DNA of 62,779 nucleotides, counting the filler, from Globobulimina sp. (lineage: Eukaryota), in the NCBI GenBank assembly GCA_003354225.1. It is 45 parts of 45 records of this genome, joined end to end, with 100 filler letters (N's around TTAATTAATTAA, not from the genome) between each part and the next. Parts side by side here need not be neighbours in the genome. Positions count along the whole stretch, not along the records: positions 11,185 to 12,482 come from PIVH01019163.1; positions 12,583 to 13,880 come from PIVH01019164.1; positions 13,981 to 15,278 come from PIVH01019165.1; positions 15,379 to 16,676 come from PIVH01019166.1; positions 16,777 to 18,074 come from PIVH01019167.1; positions 18,175 to 19,472 come from PIVH01019168.1; positions 19,573 to 20,870 come from PIVH01019169.1; positions 20,971 to 22,268 come from PIVH01019170.1; 37 more parts are not named here. The stretch is one strand, 5' to 3'. A program made the position numbers and the translations under genes. Of the stretch, positions 12,178 through 23,666 are shown in pieces. The notes beneath the pieces were generated by a model. The model ran no database searches, was not told the DNA's origin, and worked only from the letters and a program-made list of their open reading frames with translations. The stretch's first letter is position 1. Every line of letters begins with the position of its first letter.

Positions 12178-12652
12178 GAAATGTTTTCTACTTCAAACAT
12201 GAAATCTTTTTTTAAGTAGAATTTGAAAACGCTGTACATGGCAACAACATCTGTCACTAGTGACACGTGGAATTTCATTGACTTTACTAAATTAGATGCA
12301 ACCTCTGTTTGTAAATTGAAAACCAAAGAAAGACAGAATTTATACGAAAAAGTGACAGCATCGTTTACAATAAAAACATCATTGGATGCGAATAAGAAGA
12401 AACAATACCAATATCTCAATCTAAAAAACAAACGGTTTGGATGTGAATTACAAGCAATATCATGGAGAACAGAACTACTATCNNNNNNNNNNNNNNNNNN
12501 NNNNNNNNNNNNNNNNNNNNNNNNNNTTAATTAATTAANNNNNNNNNNNNNNNNNNNNNNNNNNNNNNNNNNNNNNNNNNNNCAGATTTTTATTGGGGCA
12601 AGGTATACGCAAACCGTTTCTGGTGACTGATTAAGGTAAAAATAATATAGGT

Positions 12653-13282
12653 TTGCCTTCGTTTCTCAGAAACAATAAAAAACTGACGCTGAAAACCGGA
12701 TGCTCTTTAGTACAGTCTTCGCCAACAGATGTGGAAGATGTAGGATCGAATTGGTGGGAAGTTCTGATTTTGAGATGTATTATTATTGCTTGTTTATTTA
12801 ACACGTTCTGCACCATGCAGCCCATGCTTTTTTCATCGGAAACACCATGCATAGGGCCACAACATCGAGTTATTAGTTCCGCAATATGTATTTGTGGGAC
12901 TTTATGTATTTGCGTATGTGGTTGTTTGCGTAATATAAATAAAAGTGATGACAATATTACTAACAATGTTGAGCAGAGCGGTGATAATTTTACTGTAATG
13001 TATGAAGAAGAGGAGGAAAAGAATAGTCTGTTGAATGAATTCGAAAACGAAACGTCGAGTGCAACAGACATGGGACAGTCATCTATCCAGATCTTGAAAT
13101 TGATCCAGAAACACCCGCAATTATTATCATTACTGGAAGAAAAAAAGCAAATGAATGATTGGGATACATCAAGTGTGGCAGACACAAATTCAGCACAAAC
13201 CACAGTAAGTACAAAGCATTCGCATTTATTCGCAGAGGAACAAGATCTCGATTTAACATTTGATAGCAGCAATATTTTATAG
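12653..13282 (+). CDS. Hypothetical membrane protein with acidic C-terminal tail
   Basis: Two Cys-rich hydrophobic segments followed by an acidic, Ser-rich tail; start uncertain. Confidence 0.4.
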   Translation: MPSFLRNNKKLTLKTGCSLVQSSPTDVEDVGSNWWEVLILRCIIIACLFNTFCTMQPMLFSSETPCIGPQHRVISSAICICGTLCICVCGCLRNINKSDDNITNNVEQSGDNFTVMYEEEEEKNSLLNEFENETSSATDMGQSSIQILKLIQKHPQLLSLLEEKKQMNDWDTSSVADTNSAQTTVSTKHSHLFAEEQDLDLTFDSSNIL

Positions 13283-14070
13283 ACTTAAACCTGACATATT
13301 TTGTAAAAATAGTGTCCTTTCTCTTCCTTTTTTTTTGCTCTCAATAAAATGTCTGTGAATAATGCGATCTGTCACTAAAAAACCTCAAGCTTATATGTTT
13401 GAAAATTTCAATTCAGCTTTTTAACATTGTCCTACGATTACCAACTTAATTATCACTAGAATAGAATTAATGTCATTAACATCTGAAGAAAACATAATAT
13501 ATATTTTAAGAAAAGCTGGATTCATTAACAATAAACGGCTTACAAATACATTGCAAGGTACCTGTGATCTGACACTTAATATCTCCCAAAACATAATAAA
13601 AATATACACACACCATTTCAGGCCAAATCTGGAGGTCAACAAAAGCAACATCGGGCCAGCTACGTATAATCAAAATCGCCTCAAAAGAATTACACTCCAA
13701 ATCATTAGCTTACTGCGACGGCGAACTGCACAAAATCAACGAAAATATACTTTGCGAAAAGCAAATATTGAAATATTTGTCCTCATTCACGGATTGTCCA
13801 TTATCCATTATTAAATACAAAGCATTTTTCAAATCGAGCAGCAATTATTACCTTTCCATGCAAAATGGAGGTACGCCGCTNNNNNNNNNNNNNNNNNNNN
13901 NNNNNNNNNNNNNNNNNNNNNNNNTTAATTAATTAANNNNNNNNNNNNNNNNNNNNNNNNNNNNNNNNNNNNNNNNNNNNAAAACGGACTCTTCCCCGCC
14001 ACTGTCCGCCAGATAACATGTTGTTGACACATTAAATAATCTGTACATAACATATGATAATAAATAAGGT

Positions 14071-15278
14071 TTGCGACAGGACGGATGTTTGGAGAGTAAA
14101 TCAAATGTCGAGTTGCTGTCATATCCAATAATACCAAGTTTTAGTGATGATGCGTTGGTTAAGTTGGCTGCCAAAGTAACCGAATTTAATTGCCATCATC
14201 ATTATGATCTTCACGCATATTTGTCGCAATTAATTTTTATTGTACATTCGCTCAATGAAAAATTCCATGATACCATGATAATAATGATGATATCAATAAT
14301 AAGTCGTCGTCGAACGAGAAAGATGGTTTGATTTATCACGAAGGCCCAGTAAAGCGATTAGCGCGGTCACAGGCAAAGGTGGAGACAGATTATGCCATGG
14401 CATCCTATCCGAGAAGCGCCAAAATAATTGACTTTATTCGATGTTGTTTGGTTTATGACTCTCCAAAGAATCTATTGAATGGAATTGATAAATTTCTGTA
14501 CATTGTCAATAGAAGAAAAACAAAAACAACGATTCAATGTTTTTGTGGTCAAGATTTTATTTATTGCGCAGCAGAAACTATTGATATTCCAAATGGAGGA
14601 AGATATATTTGGTGCAATCATTGCAGAAAAGGACTGTTCGTCATCGACGAAGTGCAGGATAATAATAATTACATTTATCACTGTGAGGATGGCAAAGCAC
14701 ATAAAAGTGGGTCCTATTTATGTGAGGAATGTGCTGCGATCAAATTCGACCCTCCGTTGAAAAAAATATTAAGATTAAAAAATATGTTTTTAGAAAATAA
14801 AAGGGAAAATGGTGGAAAATGGGATTTATATCGATATGCTGACATTAAAATCAGTGCTTTGATGGAATATGATGGGAAATCGATGATTGTGGAGGTGCAA
14901 TTTCTGTTAGATTTTATGTTAAAAGCGAAGGGTTTGGGTCATGGATTGTATGAAATTGAGCGAAATAAAGATTTTGTGTTCAGTGTAAATGAAATAATGA
15001 ATATGGGATCGGGAGCAGGCAATATTGGCGAATCAGTGCGTAGGGCAGTTGTGACCAATAATGAAGCCCAATTAGCCACATTGATATTAAATAATGCTCC
15101 ATTAAACTTGACAAAATTAGACGAAAATAAAAAGTCATTATTGCATATTTGTTGCGAGAATGGAACTAAAAAAGTATTCAAATTATTACTAAATACTGTC
15201 GAAGCAGATGGGACAAGCGATGATTTGAATAAATTAATCAATCAAAAGGATGAAGAATATGGTTTTGCGCCGATTCAT
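14071..15278 (+). CDS. RelA/SpoT-like nucleotidyltransferase domain with inserted Zn finger and C-terminal ankyrin repeats; frameshift near 14275; 3' truncated
   Basis: GPVKRLARSQAK...DFIRC...RLKNMF...YADIKI...VEVQF...HGLYE motif order; CxC/CxxC/HC/H/CxxC insert; SLLHICCENG and APIH ankyrin motifs. Confidence 0.72.
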
Positions 15279-15543
15279 NNNNNNNNNNNNNNNNNNNNNN
15301 NNNNNNNNNNNNNNNNNNNNNNTTAATTAATTAANNNNNNNNNNNNNNNNNNNNNNNNNNNNNNNNNNNNNNNNNNNNATGAAAGAAGAGACAAATCTAT
15401 GCAATAAAGGTAAAAATTTGTCGTCTATGAGGTGAGAACCCTGATATTAAGATTTTCTTCAAGTGAGCTAGTCATCGAAAAAAACGTTTAAGTCAGCTGA
15501 GCAACCAAACCAAAAAAACGTTTAAGTCACTCAGCAAACACGA

Positions 15544-16524
15544 ATGCTGTCGAAACAACAACAAGAATATTTATGCGATGGGTACGTGCGTAGCAATTAT
15601 TGCTATGTGACGCCAATAGCCATTAATAAATTGATTCAAATCTTTTGGAGTGAGGTAAAATCGTGGATTTTCAAAGGTATTTCATTGCAAACGTTGTTGC
15701 AATCAAAACCTGATCAAGAATTATGTCATAAACAATTCGAGATTTTTAGTATTCCATTCCTTGCTAAAATAATACCAAACGGCATGTCACCATCGCGTAT
15801 TGGCAGTGTATTATTTCGCATTTATTGTGCACTTCCGCCAAATGTGAAATCAATAACGATTTATGTCGAAATCTATTGCGTAGAAACACTTTCACATTTT
15901 AGATATTGTGAAAAGTTAAAAGTGAAAAATGGATATATTGGATGGACAAAGCAATATTTACAATTAAAGCAATGTGAACATAAAAATAAATTGGAATTTT
16001 TATACTTTGTGGATATTTTACACATTGAATATACGAACAAAGAAAATTTTTATAAAAGCATAAAATTACAAAAAACAGTTAAATATAAATGGGATATTTG
16101 CGAATTACAATTAAATTTATTTAAAAGTTATAGGCCATTTCAATATGCATTTAGTGAGTTATTTGACAGTAATTGTTGGTCATTGTGGTGTGCACCAAAA
16201 GGATTTGCTAAATATGAAGGGTTTACGGTTGGTGTCGAATTATATGGTTTACCAAAATGTATACAAGAAATTGCAATGAGAGTGGTTATTAATATCGAAC
16301 CGCATATATTTATTGGGCGCAAAACCAAAACACTGTCTTGCTTTGGTGGTAGATATTATATTAAATTTGACGTTCCATTGTCAATCGAAGAGATCATCAA
16401 AAAATCAGATAAACATTGTATTTCAATAGAATGTAATATGGAAATTAATAAAGCTTTTGATAAAAATAATCAACAAATTGCCAATGATATGCTGTGTGAA
16501 TATGGTATAATATTAATTCAATAA
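15544..16524 (+). CDS. Protein with N-terminal GYVR/F-box-like motif and two MATH/TRAF-like beta domains
   Basis: LCDGYVRS...P.AINKLIQIFW; repeated W.(L/I)...P(N/K)G...G.(V/F) pattern; complete intronless ORF. Confidence 0.55.
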   Translation: MLSKQQQEYLCDGYVRSNYCYVTPIAINKLIQIFWSEVKSWIFKGISLQTLLQSKPDQELCHKQFEIFSIPFLAKIIPNGMSPSRIGSVLFRIYCALPPNVKSITIYVEIYCVETLSHFRYCEKLKVKNGYIGWTKQYLQLKQCEHKNKLEFLYFVDILHIEYTNKENFYKSIKLQKTVKYKWDICELQLNLFKSYRPFQYAFSELFDSNCWSLWCAPKGFAKYEGFTVGVELYGLPKCIQEIAMRVVINIEPHIFIGRKTKTLSCFGGRYYIKFDVPLSIEEIIKKSDKHCISIECNMEINKAFDKNNQQIANDMLCEYGIILIQ

Positions 16525-16776
16525 ATTTCACTTCTTAACTGCTGTGCGCTGTGCATCGGTCCTTGCAAAGAACAACAGCTAGATACCCCCCTCTCGCTAT
16601 GCTGCGGGGTCGCATGCACTCCCTACTGGACAGCGAGAGGCAGGGAGGCCTTGGAAGGAGCAGGAGGAAGGAAGAANNNNNNNNNNNNNNNNNNNNNNNN
16701 NNNNNNNNNNNNNNNNNNNNTTAATTAATTAANNNNNNNNNNNNNNNNNNNNNNNNNNNNNNNNNNNNNNNNNNNN

Positions 16777-17811
16777 TCACTTCCTTCATTTCCTTCAATT
16801 CCTTCAATTCCTTCATTGCCTTCACTTGTTTCACAATTTCGATATTTGGCGATTTTAATATCGACGGTGTTGGCGGTAATATTAACGTAGAAACACTCGT
16901 TTTTGTTTTGCTTTTGCTTTTGATCTCTTTCTCTCTCTCTAATTTTTTCACCTTTTCCTTATACTTTATGCGCTGCGATGTTTGCGTCTCTTTGATAATT
17001 TCTTTGATTTTCTCCTTATCAGAGGTCACATTCATATTATTATTATTGCGCACAATCTTTCTTTTCCTGCTTATTTCATTAATATTCACTGACGATATAT
17101 TGCTGTTACTTTCTTTTTTCATTTTAGTGTCTTTTATAATATCAATGGGTGTATGGCTCGTATGCGTCGTATCCGTGTCCTGTGTATTATGACTATGATC
17201 TGATACTACTTCGCATTCATTTGGTTTACGCACAATGCGACGTAATTTACGAGTGGGTGCACATGCAACTAACTCTTCTTTCTTATTATTATTACCGCCC
17301 TCCACTTTTTCTTTGGATTTATCATCATTCACATTGGTATTGGTGGCACTACGTGCGATTCGACGTAGTTTTTTGGTCGGTGGCTCCGTTGTTTTTTTTG
17401 TGGTCGATCTGTCCTTTTCTTTGTAGTTTTTATCATATTCGTCACGCGACCGTTTAGTGCCACTGTATTTGGAGGATTTGTCCTTCTCTTTGTCTCTATC
17501 TCTATCTCTGTCTCTGTTGTCTCTGTCGATGATATAAAACAAAAAGCAGTGCAAGGATTATTTATATTTAGTGTTGGATTTATTAACTGTTTTGAGCGAG
17601 AGTACGATTGGTGTCTGGATTGGTTTTGTATTGTTATTTTAAAATTAGAGTTTCTATCAGCAGATGAATGATAATTTCGATGTGCGTTCCGATCGATTGA
17701 TTCGTAATATTCTGGACCTCGTTCGTGTAGAAATTTGCAGTTATTACCATAGTGGCAACTGCCCAGTTGGGCCCAATGTCGACAATGTTTCCCGAGGTCA
17801 CTATACGCCAT
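16777..17811 (-). CDS. CCCH zinc-finger protein with RD/Lys-rich low-complexity region (2 exons, 3' truncated)
   Basis: CRHWAQLGSCHYGNNCKFLH (C-x8-C-x5-C-x3-H); probable intron ending near 17523; second exon RDRDRDRDKEK. Confidence 0.75.
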
Positions 17812-18174
17812 GTTGAAAGTTGCGTTATTAATTATTTAAACAAAAAAAAACTTTACAGCCTGAGTTGGGTAAAATTCTTAATTGGAATATATACACACAA
17901 ACAGAAACTCGATGGTTCGCTCACTTCGTACAAATGTGTGATAGCATTGGCAGATCTAATAGAATTATTGATGCGATTACCACTGATAACTGATTCCCAT
18001 AAATGTTATGTTGACATTAAGTTGTTATTGATATAGTGGATGAGAAACGATGAAATACAAAAAGAAAACAAATTNNNNNNNNNNNNNNNNNNNNNNNNNN
18101 NNNNNNNNNNNNNNNNNNTTAATTAATTAANNNNNNNNNNNNNNNNNNNNNNNNNNNNNNNNNNNNNNNNNNNN

Positions 18175-19472
18175 GGTCAACTTAAAATAAACAATAAATA
18201 CGTATTATTGGCAAGTGACTATATCAAAAACAGCATTCGCGAAGGAGATGAATTACAGTTAAAAAATTTGATTTGTATCAAAGGAATGCAACAAAATGCA
18301 GTGCAAGGATATATATACACACATTACACACAATAGTATTTCGCCAAGAATTATTCAATCAAAATGGAATAATAATACAAGTCCTAACAAACAATCATCT
18401 AAAAAACGTAAAAAAGCACCCAATCAAAATGAAAATGAAAACAATGGAGAAATAATCAGAACTCCGCTACTTAAAAAACGAAAAATAAGTCATATAGACA
18501 CCGATATATCTGCTGCAATATCGGTTATATCAAATGCAACCTCCGCCTCCTCATCAGTTACATGTTATTCATCCTCAGATTCAGACGAGAATAATCTTCA
18601 TAACCACAATAAATTGGACAATTTTGCTCACGAATTGGACAATAAATTTGATATAAATAACAATAATGATAGAAATAGTTCAAGCAGCGACGATGACGAT
18701 GGTGACTCAACTGATACATCTCAAGACAATCAAGAAAATGATGATTGCATAAATATTAAAGAGTCGTCGACAGAGTCAGAGTCAGACAGTGATGATATGG
18801 ATAATAAGCAGTTGATATCGACAGTGAATGATATCGATGATAAGCAGTCAGTGACAGAGTCAGAGAGTGATGATATCGATGATAAGCAGTTGATATCGAC
18901 AGTGAATGATGCAATCAAAGCAGTACAAGATAGGAAACAAATTATAAATAAAAAGAGCAAAGAAAACGAGGGATCCACAGCCGGATATATGCGGAGTGTA
19001 AACGTGAATGATCGGATTAAAATATATATTGATGATGAATGGGAATGTGGCACTGTCAAAGCCATTGGAAATGATAATATGGTTCAATTATTGATGGATG
19101 ATAGTAATGATTTGATTCGTATATATTTGGATGTAATGGAATGGGATTTCGAGCCACAGAATTTTGCGGCGCCGCGGGTGCTTAAAAAAATAAATAAAAA
19201 GCAGTACAATGAGGAGGAGGAGGGAGAGGACGGCGAGGAAGAGATAATTATAAAGCGATTGATTGAGGAGTCCGGTAATCATAAGATTGCTAATAAGGGT
19301 TTGAAATGTGACGAGATGATTGGATATAAAACATTGGAGTTAGTGAATTGGGAACCTATGCATTCGAAATTTAAAATGGGCAACGTTATTGAGATTGAAA
19401 ATGATATTGTGATTATTGAAAATAATGGGAATCAAAAAGCTGTGACAATATCAAATTTGGTGGAGATCTATG
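18175..19472 (+). CDS. Coilin-like protein, truncated at both ends
   Basis: 5' exon YVLLASDYIKNSIREGDELQL resembles the coilin N-domain; NLS and acidic Ser-rich middle; C-terminal MIGYKTLELVNWEPMHSKFKMGNV resembles the coilin Tudor-like domain. Confidence 0.55.
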
Positions 19473-19572
19473 NNNNNNNNNNNNNNNNNNNNNNNNNNNN
19501 NNNNNNNNNNNNNNNNTTAATTAATTAANNNNNNNNNNNNNNNNNNNNNNNNNNNNNNNNNNNNNNNNNNNN

Positions 19573-20870
19573 GTGCCTTCGAATAAGCAGTATCATGCTT
19601 GAATAAACGCAATGAACTATTTGGCTTCGATGATAGATCAATGCTTGCACTCAAACAGTATTTGTTATCCACCACCGATTCTACTGCTTGGTCATCAGAA
19701 TTTATATCTGCAGCTGCTGATTCTATCAAATTTGTTCCGAATAAATCAATTGCTGCTAATTCCTGTTTAGGCGGAACCGTATCTAACGTCGGGGCGTCGG
19801 TAATAATGCTTAATCTCGATAAATAATCTGACATTTTCATTAATTTCCCAGCGCGATGAATGAATCTAAAACTATATAATCCACATTCTTGCCTCCATCG
19901 CAGCATCATTTTATTCGGACAGTCTTTGTTTAAACGGAATAAAGCCACCAAAGGCTTACAATCTCCGATTACATCAAATGATTTGATAGATAGATACTTC
20001 TTGAATTTCTTGAGTGATTCACGCAAACCGAGTAATTCGCGTTGCGTTGCTCCATATCTTTGCTGTGTATCTGTGAGAGCTTTCGAATACAATGCAATCA
20101 AATTATAGTTATTCTTCAACTGTTTTTCCATAATTTCTGTTTCCTCTGATAAAATAAATGGAGATTCTGTCAATTTTTGTTGGTATATGAGACCTCCAGT
20201 GGTCACCAACGATGTATCGACTTCTAATAAAAAACGATGCTTTGATGCTATTTTCATATCCGGATGATGCAAAAGTAGAGCACCTTTGATTTTATCTTGG
20301 ATTTCACCAAATAATTTCCTTCCTTCTGCTGATTTGACTAAATAAGTTCGAACGTTTCGTTGCTTTATTGTTAACTTCTTGCCATTCTCGCCAAATTCAG
20401 GCGGTACGATAGCGGGCTTAATCATTTCTTCTCGCAATAAAAATAATTTCTCAGCTAAATTGTGGATGTGCGGCGAAACGTATTGTGCCATACCCTCAAA
20501 TACTTGATAATCAGTTTTAGTCACTAAATCATCAAATTTCATCTCCAATGCATTCGTAGTGTGACGCTTTAATACTTGCGCGCCGCTTGAAGTAATTTGC
20601 TTATTCACACGTATATAGTTTGTGAAACCAATTTTGGTCTTCTTCGCATGTAATTTGATGTTATATTTTAATGCGATATCAACTAATTTTTCAAACTCAA
20701 ATAAGGCCTTTTCCTTCGCTAATTCCATAGTGTCGGCAACTATGCCTTGATGCAAATCGTCCTGGATTGCATAAGCGACGCCGTTGAATAAATCGGATGC
20801 CACTTTGTGACAATAAATAGGAGCATTTCGCAAACCAAGCAGCACCACCTCTGGCACCAATACTCCTCCT
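19573..20870 (-). mobile_element. Ty3/gypsy-like pol fragment: reverse transcriptase and RNase H
   Basis: LLGLRNAP, IQDD, then RNase H LEVDTS...GGLIYQ, YSKALTDTQQRYGATQRELLG, DCKPL, RW, IHRAGK...DYLSR. Confidence 0.9.
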
Positions 20871-21088
20871 NNNNNNNNNNNNNNNNNNNNNNNNNNNNNN
20901 NNNNNNNNNNNNNNTTAATTAATTAANNNNNNNNNNNNNNNNNNNNNNNNNNNNNNNNNNNNNNNNNNNNTTTTTCTTTTTCTTTTTTTTTTTCCACATA
21001 AATCCAACTAGGTCCATATTAAGTAAACAAAACCCATGGGAAGCTCAAAAAATCGCTTTTCCCAAGGGGATAAATTGAAACATCACAC

Positions 21089-22268
21089 ATGAATATCTTC
21101 CTGTTATGGCATTTATTCATAACTTTAATTAAACCGACACTATCAGCTCAGAATCAACGACTTCCGCATCAAAGCACACTTACATCACAACACCATTGTA
21201 ATTCAATTCCGTGTTCTTTGTGGGCATCAATTCTATTCAAACACAAAAATTTCGGAAATTTTAATGTTACTCAGATTATTCAACAAACATTTGCGCAAAA
21301 ACAAGACAACATTTCAGAAGTAATCAATAAAGTGGCCTTATTTTTCCATGCAAGTCACTATGTATTGGGGCAAGGAACGTTCCCTTTTTCAAAACCATAT
21401 CATCAAACATTTCATACATTATCCCAACTGACAGGAATCAACCTCAATGTTGAAAGGTTATCGCATAAATGTGTATCACCAACAACACTTGAAGTGTTTC
21501 CGCTATTTTTTTTTATGGATCCAATGGACCCAACGCCGTATGACTGGCTATCGATATCCATTGTTATCGAAGAAGCGATCTTATTGCATGGGACAGACAA
21601 TGTAGTTGAGATTTTTAATGAATATGTTTCAATACGTTTTGCTTCAATAAAATTTGATTTTGAAAGTGCTGTAAACTGCTTACTTGAGGAATATTTTGAT
21701 GAACTGCGGCTTGAAACGCACCGAAATATCCAACAGATTGCTTATATAATTAATGAAAGAAGAGCACATGGATTCCTTTTTTATCACAATCTGTTTAGAT
21801 ATGGAATCATTGCTTGCTACGGAAATGGAGAAAATATGCAGTTAGAGGTGGTTCAATATTTTATCAGCTCTGTGAATTTTAACAATACGCATCATTCAAT
21901 GATTCATGTTGGATTTCGTGATCATCAGTCATCTATTCACGTTTTATTGGAAAGATTTATCTCTGGACATCAATGTTGTCATCAGTTTGTTGGACATAAT
22001 AGTTTTGAAAGATACATGGCAAACAGAGGGAAAAAGTCTGGCCCATATACATGTATTGCAGAAAAAACACATTTCGCAAACAATACAAATTATGAATCAG
22101 TTTTTGCACAGCATATTGAAGTAATAAATAAAGAGTGGGAATACAAGGATTACCTTGAAACAGGTATTAAATTGCAATTGACTGTGGATGAAGATCTAGA
22201 AAAATATGTAGTAGATTGGCATAATTCGGCAGGGTGTCATCTTTATCCTGTTCCATTATATGAGCATA
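21089..22268 (+). CDS. Secreted hypothetical protein, 3' truncated
   Basis: N-terminal signal peptide and ~390-aa uninterrupted ORF. Confidence 0.6.
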
Positions 22269-22368
22269 NNNNNNNNNNNNNNNNNNNNNNNNNNNNNNNN
22301 NNNNNNNNNNNNTTAATTAATTAANNNNNNNNNNNNNNNNNNNNNNNNNNNNNNNNNNNNNNNNNNNN

Positions 22369-22892
22369 GCAGTGCCCCAATCTGCAGTAAGCTTTAATAA
22401 AATTCTAAGTATATTTTCAGTAATTGACATCGATAGTACAATCATTATAAAACTGTAACAATTTTGGGTTATCATTGCAGGATACAGTACAATAGGTCGA
22501 GGCTGTTTTATTCCACAAAGTAACCCGAACGAAGTAGAAATGGCAATAATATGCAAATTTATGAGTACATATTGGACATAGCCGGAAGTGAAACAATGGT
22601 CCATTTTAAGTATCAAATCGAGCAAACCAAAATCGTACAAAATAGGGTTAAATTTGAAAAATAGACTATGGTTCCTTTCTGTTTCGTTTTCGGCGCATAA
22701 GTCGAATATCTGGTAGTCAATTATGATAAAAACATGTTGAGTGAGATAAATTAGAACAAGTACGATTTCTGGAATAACCAGCCATCTCAGAAATGTTAAA
22801 TTTTTTATCTTTCTTCCGAAAATTAACGAATGTTCGTCCAATATGGTTAGTAGAGCCATCAAACAAATATAATTTAAGCGCTCACAGCGCAA
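22369..22892 (-). CDS. Multi-pass membrane protein, possibly metazoan, fragment
   Basis: Three hydrophobic helices in an open frame running to the contig end. Confidence 0.45.
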
Positions 22893-23053
22893 GCTTGTTC
22901 CGCGCTTAACTATATTTTTCAGCTGTAAACAACAAGAGAATATGGTATGAGGCTTTACTGTACGTTTATAGTGATATCAGAAGAGTATCAAAGCATTTTT
23001 GTTTAGATGAAAAATAGGTCAAGCGAAATATAAGTCATATATAATCACAAACT

Positions 23054-23666
23054 TTAGGCAAATGATAATCGAAGGGCCAAAACAGGTGAAGGGAAATGTT
23101 CTTGATTAAACACAGAGCTAGGTTGAGAACTGGGATGGAAAATCTTTGATCCGGCAGGAAAACGGATCCAGTCAATAACAAATGATTTAGGTACAGACTC
23201 TCGGAATAGCAGGGGATAAAAAGGTTGACGAGGCCAATCAGGCACAATTAGGGTTCCTTCTGCCCCACACTCAGCCATGTGTTTTAGAACGCGGGGAATC
23301 AAGTATACTGGTGGAACCAGCCAATTATTAGATCCACTCCAGTCATAAGCAAATGCATCGACACCAGCTGTTCCTGGGACAGCATATTTAGAATTGAAGT
23401 GTGAAGTCTGTGCATTGTGGTGGTCAGCAAAACGGTCAAATGAATAAGGACCCCACTTTGAATTAAGCAAATAAAAAATTGAGGGTAGAATTGACCAATC
23501 ATCCAAATCAATGATACGGCTGGCCATGTCAGCCACAACATTTTTGGACTGAGGTACCCAGAGAGGTTCAAGCTGACAACCGAGCTTTAAACAAAGAGAA
23601 AATAAATCTTCGGCAATTACCTGCAAATGTGGATGACGACTTCCTTTGAGAATGATATGAGGTACA
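23054..23666 (-). mobile_element. DIRS/Ngaro-type retrotransposon RNase H C-terminus and methyltransferase-like domain
   Basis: WVP.SKNVVADMASR..DDW, WGPYSFDRFA...N...FNS, GVDAFAYDW...NWLVPP, LIVPDWPRQPFYP. Confidence 0.9.

Noticed and set aside
13470-13560. Possible first exon of a protein kinase (ILRKAGF...TLQG then GT)
   Set aside because: No downstream kinase motifs visible in the contig
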